A stretch of DNA of 64,000 nucleotides, from NCBI RefSeq assembly GCF_963921235.1, contig NC_086109.1:16370001-16434000 (forward strand), given 5' to 3'. The notes below the pieces were generated by a model. That model saw only the letters and a program-made list of their open reading frames with translations. It was not told where the DNA came from and made no database searches. The position numbers and the translations under genes are program-made. The DNA is from Mobula hypostoma (lineage: Eukaryota). Shown here in pieces: positions 1-9,841 of the stretch (the stretch's first letter is position 1; each line of letters starts with the position of its first letter).

Positions 1-429
1 ATCAATCAGATTGCGTTCCTTACTTGTTTGGAAAGGGAATGCATAAAGGTTCATCAAGTATATCAATATGCCATAAAAGACAGTGAACTTTGAACTAAAA
101 ATTCCAATATGTTTACACCAGCAGTAGTGGTGAGGGGCCATTAAATTACTGTGCTATTAGCTGTGACTGCCAATCACAGTTTCTGCTGTCAGTGAGCCAA
201 GAGATAGTTGCTATTTGATGGAAACATCTACAGTCTGCTCTGACTTGAATCGACTGTTTGGATCTTCCTTTGCCACACTAATTTCCATTTCTCGCAGCAG
301 TGTTTGCCGCCTTTGTTTTCTATTTTAATTGAATCAACTAAGAAGTTGGTTATCTGGGAGAATCCACTTACCCTTGATTCTACCTGTCAAATGCCAAATA
401 TTTTAATGCCAAGCACTAAAATGCAAAAC

Positions 430-936
430 GTTTTAAATCTGATTTCCATTCCAGTTCCAACATGTTGGTCCATGGCCTCCCCTTGTGCCAAGATGAGGCC
501 ACCCTCAGGGTGGAGGAGCAACAGTTTATATTCCATCTGGGTAGCCTCCAACCTGATGGCATGAATATTGATTACTCTTTGCAGTAAAAAAAAATCCCTC
601 TCTCTTTCCTCATCTTCTATTTCCACTCTGGCCTTTTACCTCTTTTCACCCACCTGTCACTTCCCCCCGGGTCCTCTTCTCCTTCCCTTTCTCCTATGGT
701 CCACTCTCCTCTCCTATCAGATTTCTTTCTCTCTGGCCTTTTATCTTCCTTCTCCACCTGGCTTCACCTATCACCTTCCAGCCAGTCTTCTTTCCTTCCC
801 TTCACCTTTTTATTCTGGCTTCCTTCCCCCTTCCTTTTCAGTCCTGAAGAAAGGTCTCAGTCCTAAATCTTGACTGTCTATTCACTTCCTGAGATGCTGC
901 CTACCCTGTCGAGTTCCTCCAGTATCGTGTGTGTGT
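430..936 (+). mobile_element. Old Penelope-like element 3' fragment (GIY-YIG C-terminus remnant, pyrimidine-rich 3' UTR, degenerate hammerhead/pLTR)
   Basis: Similar to 3540-4070 (gccaccctcagggtggaggagcaaca...gggtagcctccaacctgatggcatgaa); decayed cagtcctgaagaaaggtctcagtcctaaa motif from 839. Confidence 0.85.
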
Positions 937-1391
937 ACTTGTACACCCTATAGGCAGTTTAGCGACTCCAACTGACTTACTAACCTTCATCTCCGTGAGC
1001 TACAAGAGGAAACTGGCACAGGTGAGGGAGATCTACACAGTCACGAGGAGGAAGTGTAAAACCCGCAGCAGTTCCAGAGGCCAGGACTGAACCTGGCTCA
1101 CTGCCTCACCCTATTAATTGTGCCACCATGCCGATATCTTCTTTATTGATCATTGGTAACCTGCTGAGTTTTTCTGAGTATCTCACAGTTCATAGTCGCC
1201 AATGTTGGTAGCATCTCATTACTTTACATGAATGTAATTAATTTAATTCATTTTACATTTTCTTGTCAGGATTTAAACTCTTACTGAATAAAGGTCTCTG
1301 CTGATCCAGTAAAGCACTGGAGTAAATTTTTATGCTAACAGTCCAACTCAGGAAGTGGAGATTTTGGGGGAAACTTAACCCCAGTATCTCT

Positions 1392-1560
1392 CGCGAACAC
1401 GAGGAAATCTGCAGATGCTGGAATTTCAAGCAACACACATAAAAGTTGCCGGTGAACGCAGCAGCCCAGGCAGCATCTCTAGGAAGAGGTACAGTCAAAA
1501 GCCTCTTCCTAGAGATGCTGCCTGGCCTGCTGCGTTCACCGGCAACTTTTATGTGTGTTG
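1392..1560 (-). mobile_element. Short palindromic PLE pLTR-derived insertion (mini-hairpin)
   Basis: Inverted arms ~1431-1490 / 1502-1560; 13-bp direct repeat ccccagtatctct at 1379-1391 and 1561-1573. Confidence 0.9.
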
Positions 1561-1841
1561 CCCCAGTATCTCTGAGTGTTTGTTATTACGAACAAGTTTC
1601 TTGCTGATGGGTGACAATGACAACAGAAGAAACTTTGGAGACATCCTGAAGATGGGCACATTGTTATACAAAGTACATGGGAGGTCCTTAACTTCCTGGT
1701 TCATGCTAACTGAGGGCTTAGGGTCCAAACTGCTGTACGTCGTCACCTCTCAGGCAACCCTCCAAAGGAGACACAAGCAGTGAATAGATCTAAGTTGCTG
1801 GTGAACGCAGCAGGCCAGGCAGCATCTATAGGAAGAAGTGC

Positions 1842-1877
1842 AGTCGACGTTTCAGGCCGAGACCCTTCGTCAGGACT
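1842..1877 (-). ncRNA. Minimal type I hammerhead ribozyme motif in PLE pLTR
   Basis: Reverse complement AGUC-CUGACGA-AGGGUCUCGGCCU-GAAA-CGUC-GACU. Confidence 0.8.
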
Positions 1878-2173
1878 AACTGAAGGAAGAGTGAGTAAGG
1901 GATTTGAAAGCTGGAGGGGGAGGGGGAGATGCAAAATGATAGGAGAAGACAGGAGGGGGAGGGATAGAGCCGAGAGCTGGACAGGTGATAGGCAGAAGGG
2001 GATACGAGAGGATCATGGGACAGGAGGTCCGGGAAGAAAGACGGGGGGGGGGGGGTGACCCAGAGGATGGGCAAGAGGTATATTCAGAGGGGCAGAGGGA
2101 GAAAAAGGAGAGTGAGAGAAAGAATGTGTGCATTAAAAAGAGTAACAGATGGGGTACGAGGGGGAGGTGGGGC

Positions 2174-3176
2174 CTAGCGGAAGTTAGAGAAGTCAATGTT
2201 CATGCCATCAGGTTGGAGGCTACCCAGACGGAATATAAGGTGTTGTTCCTCCAACCTGAGTGTGGCTTCATCTTTACAGTAGAGGAGGCCGTGGATAGAC
2301 ATGTCAGAATGGGAATGGGATGTGGAATTAAAATGTGTGGCCACTGGGAGATCCTGCTTTCTCTGGCGGACAGAGCGTAGATGTTCAGCAAAGCGGTCTC
2401 CCAGTCTGCGTCGGGTCTCACCAATATATAAAAGGCCACATCGGGAGCACCGGACGCAGTATATCACCCCAGTCGACTCACAGGTGAAGTGATGCCTCAC
2501 CTGGAAGGACTGTTTGGGGCCCTGAATGGTGGTAAGGGAGGAAGTGTAAGGGCATGTGTAGCACTTGTTCCGCTTACACGGATAAGTGCCAGGAGGGAGA
2601 TCAGTGGGGAGGGATGGGGGGTACGAATGGACAAGGGAGTTGTGTAGGGAGCGATCCCTGCGGAATGCAGAGAGAGGGGGGGAGGGAAAGATATGCTTAG
2701 TGGTGGGATCCCGTTGGAGGTGGCGGAAGTTACGGAGAATAATATGTTGGACCCGGAGGCTGGTGGGGTGGTAGGTGAGGACCAGGGGAACCCTATTCCT
2801 AGTGGGGTGGTGGGAGGATGGAGTGAGAGCAGATGTACGTGAAATGGGGGAGATGCGTTTAAGAGCAGAGTTGATAGTGGAGGAAGGGAAGCCCCTTTCT
2901 TTAAAAAATGAAGACATCTCCCTCGTCCTAGAATGAAAAGCCTCATCCTGAGAGCAGATGCGGCGGAGACGGAGGAATTGCGAGAAGGGGATGGCGTTTT
3001 TGCAAGAGACAGGGTGAGAAGAGGAATAGTCCAGATAGTTGTGAGAGTCAGTAGGCTTATAGTAGACATCAGTGGATAAGCTGTCTCCAGAGACAGAGAC
3101 AGAAAGATCTAGAAAGGGGAGGGAGGTGTCAGAAATGGACCAGGTAAACTTGAGGGCAGGGTGAAAGTTGGAGGCC
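2174..3176 (-). pseudogene. 5'-truncated PLE ORF: reverse transcriptase C-terminus/thumb, Cys-rich linker, GIY-YIG endonuclease
   Basis: Translation has NFHPALKFTW, LPFLDL, VYYKPTDSHNYLDYSSSHP, YPCKRNKCYTC, GVIYCVRCSRCGLLYIGET, RFAEH and LGSLQPDGMN; open frame without stops. Confidence 0.92.
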
Positions 3177-3196
3177 CTCAAGTTTACCTGGTTCAT

Positions 3197-3699
3197 CTCT
3201 CTCTGCATTCCGCAGGGATCGCTCCCTACACAACTCCCTTGTCCATTCGTCCCCCCCATCCCTCCCCACTGATCTCCCTCCTGGCACTTATCCGTGTAAG
3301 CGGAACAAGTGCTACACATGCCCTTACACTTCCTCCCTTACCACCATTCAGGGCCCCAAACAGTCCTTCCAGGTGAGGCATCACTTCACCTGTGAGTCGA
3401 CTGGGGTGATATACTGCGTCCGGTGCTCCCGATGTGGCCTTTTATATATTGGTGAGACCCGACGCAGACTGGGAGACCGCTTTGCTGAACATCTACGCTC
3501 TGTCCGCCAGAGAAAGCAGGATCTCCCAGTGGCCACACATTTTAATTCCACATCCCATTCCCATTCTGACATGTCTATCCACGGCCTCCTCTACTGTAAA
3601 GATGAAGCCACACTCAGGTTGGAGGAACAACACCTTATATTCCGTATGGGTAGCCTCCAACCTGATGGCATGAACATTGACTTCTCTAACTTCCGCTAG
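3197..3699 (+). pseudogene. Inverted second copy of PLE linker + GIY-YIG domain
   Basis: ORF 3373-3699 is nearly identical to the C-terminus of the minus-strand ORF. Confidence 0.9.
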
Positions 3700-3991
3700 G
3701 CCCCACCTCCCCCTCGTACCCCATCTGTTACTCTTTTTAATGCACACATTCTTTCTCTCACTCTCCTTTTTCTCCCTCTGTCCCTCTGAATATACCTCTT
3801 GCCCATCCTCTGGGTCACCCCCCCCCGTCTTTCTTCCCGGACCTCCTGTCCCATGATCCTCTCGTATCCCCTTTTGCCTATCACCTGTCCAGCTCTCGGC
3901 TCTATCCCTCCCCCTCCTGTCTTCTCCTATCATTTTGCATCTCCCCCTCCCCCTCCAGCTTTCAAATCCCTTACTCACTCTTCCTTCAGTT

Positions 3992-4027
3992 AGTCCTGAC
4001 GAAGGGTCTCGGCCTGAAACGTCGACT
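3992..4027 (+). ncRNA. Minimal type I hammerhead ribozyme motif in PLE pLTR
   Basis: Stem I AGUC/GACU, core CUGACGA (3996-4002), stem II AGG...CCU, GAAA (4016-4019), palindromic ACGU stem III, GUC cleavage triplet ending at 4023. Confidence 0.82.
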
Positions 4028-4467
4028 GCGCTTCTTCCTATAGATGCTGCCTGGCCTGCTGTGTTCACCAGCAACTTTGATGTATGTTGCTTGAATTTCC
4101 AGCATCTGCAGAATTCCTGTTGTTTGCAGTGAATAGACCTGATCATTGAGAAAGATTGCCAGCTGTATTCCTAGAGGACTCAACTGTGGCTTTCACATCA
4201 AACATCAATGATCAAACATCGTTTTACTCGGTATTAAGCCACATGGAGACCAAAGCTGGTAGCTGAGAAAGGTCTTTATCCATCATACTGAATGGCCATT
4301 CTGGAGGAGACAGGGTGGAAGTCTCCTACAGTAGAACAGCCAGAAATCAAGGCACATTTTTTTAGACTCTTAAGGAAAAAGATAGTAGCAGGTGATTCAG
4401 TAGAATTTCATTATCTACAATGATATTGTTGGACTGAAAATATTGAAGTAAACAAATGTTTCTACTG

Positions 4468-4830
4468 ACAAACAAGAGAAAATCTGCACATGCTGGAAAT
4501 CCGAGCAACACACACAAAATGCTGGAGGAACTCAGCAGTCCAGGCCGCATCTATGGAAAAAAAATACAGTTGACGTTTTGGGCGGAAACCCCTCGGCAGG
4601 ACTGGAGAAAGTAGATTTAAAAGGTGGGGGAGGAGAGAGAGAAGCACCAGGTGTTAGGTAAAATTTGGAGGAGGAGGGATGAAGTAAAGAGCTGGGAAGT
4701 TGATTAGTGAAAGGGACAGAAGGCCATGGAAGAAAGGAAAAAGGGGAAAGGAGCACCAGAGGGAGGCAATGGGCGGGCAAGGAGATGAGGTGAGAGAGGG
4801 TAAAGGGGATGGGAAATGGTGAAGGGGGAA
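4468..4830 (-). mobile_element. PLE pLTR/3' UTR fragment (CUGCCGA hammerhead variant)
   Basis: aaatctgcacatgctggaaat...aaaatgctggaggaactcagc terminal motif plus purine-rich UTR. Confidence 0.85.
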
Positions 4831-5487
4831 ACTGAATTACATGTTTATATTGGGGGCATAATGCAACCGACAGGACCCATCTGAATGCTCAAGCACCTTT
4901 GATGGGACAAAATAATCACATGGATGGTCTAAAAGCTTCTGAGGACAGAGAACCCAAAGATCCAAAATGAGTGTTGTGAGGACTAATTCTCTGGGTACAG
5001 AAATATCCCAGTTAGTGACAGTGCATCAAACATGCTCATAAGTATATTTGCTCTAAGTGAGAAAATAAAAGTGGTTTCAAACCTTCTTTAATCTCTATCA
5101 CCATGATGCAAAAAGACTGAGGGTATCTGATGCCTGGTTCAATGTAGGCCAGTTAACACAACTCCACTTTCTTATCTTACAGTCATGTCAGTTTGTAAAC
5201 CACATCTCCAGAGTAGCCTTCCACTGTGGACCAATAGTCTATGCTTTGTACACAGTACTGCTTGTTACAAAAGTGTCCTTTTAATTTCAAAACTGATTAC
5301 TGTTTGTAATTTATATTTGAACAGATTTTTGAAGATGTATTCTAGTTTGTATTAATCCATGTAATTCCTGAAAGATGTTCTAGCAATCCTGAACACCCTC
5401 CATGTGTTTTGTCTTTGGAACTAAAAAGTGATAGTCTCACAATGACTTATCGTGACAAAAAAAAGTCACAAATGACTTTTTAATTAA

Positions 5488-5781
5488 TTTATTTTTTATT
5501 TATTGAGATACAGTGCAGAATAGGCCCTTCTTGCCCTTCGAACCACATTGCCCAGCAATCCCCTGATTCAATCCAAGCCTAATTCTGGGACAATTTTCAA
5601 TGACCAGTTAACCTACAAACTGGTACGGCTTTGGACTGTGGGAGGGAAACCGGAGCACCCAGAGGAAACCTACGCGGTCACGGGGAGAACGTACAAACTC
5701 CTTACAGGCAGCAGTGGGAATTGAACCCAGGTCGCCTGTACTGTAAAGCACTGTGCTAACCACTATGCTACCATGCTGCCC
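5488..5781 (-). mobile_element. HE1-type tRNA-derived V-SINE, full length
   Basis: Pol III A box (tagcatagtgg) and B box (ggttcaattcc), V-domain gtttcctctgggtgctccggtttcc...cccacagtccaaag, CR1-like tail and A-rich end. Confidence 0.88.
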
Positions 5782-6863
5782 TAAGCTGCACGGGGAAACC
5801 CATTTCTCCAGCTTTGATGTGCAGGGTTTAAACTTCAAATTGTAGAGAGGGATGGCAACACCAACACTGAATGTCAGAAACACTGATATACACGTGGCTG
5901 CCAATTAGTTCCAGATCCAGAACAAATGTCATTGACTCCAGCTGGGCTGGTGACTATCTGCATTCGTGCACCGAGGCTGTTTATTGTCATTCGAATCTTG
6001 TGTAATTGCACTTTCGTCTCGCTGACTTTACTGATCCATGCTGGAGCCAGGTAATTTTCTGTGTCAATGGGTATTGATTCCCAAGCAGCTGCTGATCCGT
6101 GCTTGATGCAGATGGGATGCTGCTTGCGAAATTGCCTTCAGTAACGCCCTCCCCCAGTGCACTGCAGGCTGCCAGCTGGTCCTCATGTTGTCACGGTAAC
6201 GGCAGACACATATAGGAGACTGAGTGAGGCCTACGTTCTCATGAAAGGCCAACTCTATACGCTGGGCTATCCCAGAGAAGGGTGTGGGGTTTTGCTGGGG
6301 CACTGGTTTTGTGCACTTTTCACATTCATTGATATAATGACATAACTCGGAGTTTAGCAAGAGGGCTGACTTTATTCAAACCTACATGATCCTAAAAAAG
6401 TGACGTTGAGGTGTTCTCACTAGTGGGAAAGTTGTAAATATTGAGAAAAAGTTACAAAATAAAGGACCTGTTATTTAAAATTGAGGTGTATAGAAACCTT
6501 CTTACTCAGAGGGTAGTGAATTTGTGGATTCTCTGCTTTTGAGCGTGGTGTGGATTGCGAACTGTTGTGGCTTAGGAGCAGTTAGGCCAGTTCATCGTGT
6601 GGTGGGAAAGGGATAGATGTTACTGTGTTCCCTTTCTCTCATTTTCTATCTTCAACCTGCCCTATTCCATACAACCACAGCTTACATACACTCCATTCTC
6701 CCAGTCTATCCACATATTCCTTGTTTCCCATTAAGTCCAAAAACCTACCAATCCCTGTCCTTGAATAGACACAACAGCCGGCCAACGCCTCTCTCAGGGA
6801 CCAAGAATTCTAAAGATCCATAATCTTCTGAGTGAAGAACAGGTTAGCTAACTCTTTAATTTG

Positions 6864-7522
6864 AGCATCTTTGCTTCATCTGCCACAAAAGGCGGGATAT
6901 CCCAGTGAACACCCATTTTAATTCTACTTCCCATTCCCATTCCAGCATGTCGATCCATGGAGTCCTCTACTACCATGATGAGGCCACTCTCAGGTTGGAG
7001 GAAAGACACCTGATATTCCGTCTGGGTAGCCACCAACCTGGTTGCATGAACATTAATTTCTCTAACTTTTGGTAATTTTTTCCCTCCTCCGTTTCTTTCT
7101 TTACCATTCCCCATTTTGACACCTCTCGTACCCCTTTTTTCCCCACCTGCCCATCACCTCATTCTCTCGCCCTTCCATTTCTCCATTGATCCACTCTTCT
7201 CTCCTATCATATTCCCTCTTCCTCTGCCCTTTACCTCTTCCACCTATCACTCTCCAGCTTCTCACTTCACCCCACTCTATGACATCCACCCACTTTTCCC
7301 CCTTCGCTTGGCTTTACCCACACCTGCCAGCTTGTACTCCTTCTCTCCCCCACCTTCTTATTCTGGCTTCTCACACATTCCTTTCCAGCCCTGATGAAAG
7401 GCTCTCAGCCCGAAACATCGACTGTTTATTCTTTTCCATAGATGCTACCTGACCTGCTGAGTTCCTCCAGCATTTTGTGTGTGTTGCTTTGGGTTTTAGC
7501 ATCTGCAGAACCTTCTGTGTTT
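6864..7522 (+). mobile_element. PLE 3' fragment (GIY-YIG C-terminus remnant, 3' UTR, hammerhead ~7386-7424, pLTR end)
   Basis: Similarity to 3490-4120; ccctgatgaaaggctctcagcccgaaacatcgactg. Confidence 0.87.
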
Positions 7523-7924
7523 ACCTTTACCTTTAGCATTGGAGCCAGAAAAAGGCCACCAAACTCCTCGGGCATGTATTTGTTTTAATGGGGTGTACGC
7601 ATTCACCTTGCGCCTTTTGTTTAGCTGTCGATTGTTACTGGTTGCCCACATTCCAGTTTATAAATGCTAGTGTAGACCTTGGGTGGATTGGATTGAGTTC
7701 AACTGTGATTACACACCTCATCTCTCTGGTCAGAGGTGCTGAGGGTGCTGGTGACGCAATTAAGTGCAGTTAAGAGTCAGTCACACTGGCAAGGCACTGG
7801 AGTCACATGGAGTCAGAGTGCACCATTTGGATTGGGCAGTGTCTCACAGTGTTGTGATCACACTTATTCCAGATCCTGCAGAATGCCACAATGTACATTA
7901 TGGCTGTTACTTTGTGCGTGGCAG

Positions 7925-8246
7925 GGACGGCACAGTAGCACGGCGGTTAGTACACTGCTTGTACAGTGCCAGCAATCACCAATCAGAGTTCAATTCCCAT
8001 CACTGCCTGTAAGGAGTTTGTACGTTCTCCCTGCAGTCACATGGGTTTCCTCTGGGTGTTCCGGTTTTCTGCGCAATCCAAAGACGCACGGTTAGGGGTA
8101 GTGAGCAGTGGGCACACTACGTTGGCACCGGAAGCATGGTGACACTTGCAGGCTGCCCCCAGCACATCCTCGAACTGTGCTGGTCTCGGGTGCAAACAAC
8201 AAATTTCACTGTACTTTTCGATGTACATGTGACAAATAAAGCTATT
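7925..8246 (+). mobile_element. V-SINE with alternative (non-HER1) 3' tail
   Basis: tRNA-like head and V-domain, then gacacttgcaggctgcccccagcacatcct...gatgtacatgtgacaaataaagcta; related copies at ~9475-9750 and ~39615-40035. Confidence 0.8.
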
Positions 8247-8254
8247 TACTTATT

Positions 8255-8560
8255 GTAGAGTCGCTGCTGTAACGTAGAAAATTCAGCAGCCACTTTGCAC
8301 GCAGCAGCCTCCCACAAATGGGAAAGTGAATGTAATCAGATAATATTTTTTCCCAGTAATTAATTGAGCGGTAAATTTTCTGCATTAGGGACATTGCTCT
8401 TCAAGATATTTCCATGGGTTATTTTTCTTCCCCACCCTGGAGAGAAAGCAGGACTCTGGCTTACTGTCTCATTCTGAAGAATGAAGAATGCCACTTCTAT
8501 TCCCCTCAGCATTCCACTGGAGCATCAGCTCAGATTTTTTTGCTCAAATCTCTGGATTAA
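8255..8560 (-). mobile_element. Ancient Deu-domain SINE (AmnSINE1/SacSINE1-like) remnant
   Basis: Reverse complement resembles the Deu core (ctgatgctccagtggaatgctgagggga...cagaatgagacagtaagccagagtcc...tttgtgggaggctgctgcgtgcaaagtggctgc); similar remnants at ~45120-45410 and ~58900-59010. Confidence 0.65.
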
Positions 8561-9841
8561 TTCGAATTAAGAGACTTCAGATTTCTAATAGTGCCCATCG
8601 TGGGATTTAAATTTGCATTGGCTTAATTATTCAGGCCTCTACACGTGGTTAAGTTAAACATGAATATTATACCAAATTTAGAGATGAACAGTCAGATTCA
8701 ATGATGAAGCCTGATACAGCAGGTAAATTTATATATTGTTTTATGAGTTGGAATTTTACCAGTTCCCTCTGCTCTTTACTCGTGGGTGGACAGGATTGGG
8801 AAAAATCAGCAGTCACTGCAATGGCGGCTTTAATTTGGGAATCCATGACAACCTGTGGCAAAAGCCCGGGGAATCCAATTTGTTATCGGCAAACCCAGAA
8901 GCAGCTCTATTTATAGGATTACTGGCCTGCAAATCATTTAGATTTAAGTAGGAGATTATTGAATTTGAGATCCTGCTGCTCTGTGGGGCAGGCTGCCTGA
9001 TGCAGTATTGCTGTGTACCTGACTCTCTGCAGCTGTGTGTCGACAACACTCTCTTCCCCCTTTCCATCATTTTAATGTTGTTCAAAGTGTTTCATTGCCA
9101 TTTCAAAGAATCAGCAGAAAAATTAGGCCATTGTATTCTTATCAGAGTTCTGTATTTCAACAGAAGTTGCCCTTCAGACTGGATGAGGACAGATCCAAAG
9201 TAAAATTGAGAGAACCAAGCAATACACACCAATGTGGAAAGGGAGACTGTGCATTTGGTCTGCTCTTCCATTTTATTAAGGCTGGCCAGCAACTTATTTC
9301 TGATCCAATGCTACCAAGAGGAAGCAGAAAATACAGGAAATGTATGATGGTCAAACAGATGATAATTTCCCAATGTCAGTAACAGATGCTGTTCTTCAGC
9401 TTGCTATGAAAGGTGACACAATCAGTCATAGAAGCCAGAATGATGCCTTACCAGGGGAAATTTTGTGTCTCACCATTCGGGGTTCAAATCCTGCCACTGT
9501 CTGTAATAAGTTTGTATGATTTCCCCTTGACTGTGAGATCACCCCAGTGGGGTTTCCCCTCATGTTACAAAGATGTACTGTTGGTGTTGGTAAGTTGTGG
9601 ACACGCAGTGTTGTTGGCGCCCCAAGCATGGTGACTCTTGTGGGCTGCCCCCAGCACAATCCTCAGATTGTTTTGGTCAACGATGCAAATAACGCAGTTC
9701 ACTGCCTGTTTCAATGCTTTGATGAACATGGGACAAATAAGGCTAAACTTAATAATCAGTATAATAGCAAACTGAACCTTTCTATAATTTTTTTCAAAAA
9801 TCTCGTTCCCCATTTCCTCGTACCAGTCTGTATGTTTCATT

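Larger units (their letters stand above)
1789..4125. mobile_element. Young, 5'-truncated Neptune-type Penelope-like retroelement inserted as an inverted (head-to-head) duplication
   Basis: Near-identical inverted arms 1792-2676 / 3197-4077; 12-bp TSD gcagtgaataga at 1777-1788 and 4126-4137; RT and GIY-YIG motifs. Confidence 0.93.

Noticed and set aside
1392..1560. DNA-transposon MITE or pre-miRNA interpretation of the short hairpins
   Set aside because: Arms match the PLE pLTR, TSDs are long and variable (13-15 bp), ends are asymmetric and junctions differ between copies.
3177..3319. N-terminal ~48 aa of the 381-aa ORF (2174-3319)
   Set aside because: Read-through across the inversion junction into antisense PLE sequence; not a real N-terminus.
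5690..5781. tRNA gene (A/B boxes; also 49781-49860 and others)
   Set aside because: These are SINE heads followed by a V-domain and LINE-like tail; no complete cloverleaf is evident.
6038..6056. Possible short coding first exon ATGCTGGAGCCAG/gtaatt (also 8701-8722, ATG...GCAG/gtaaat)
   Set aside because: A donor-like motif with a nearby ATG arises by chance; no homology or promoter evidence was recognisable.
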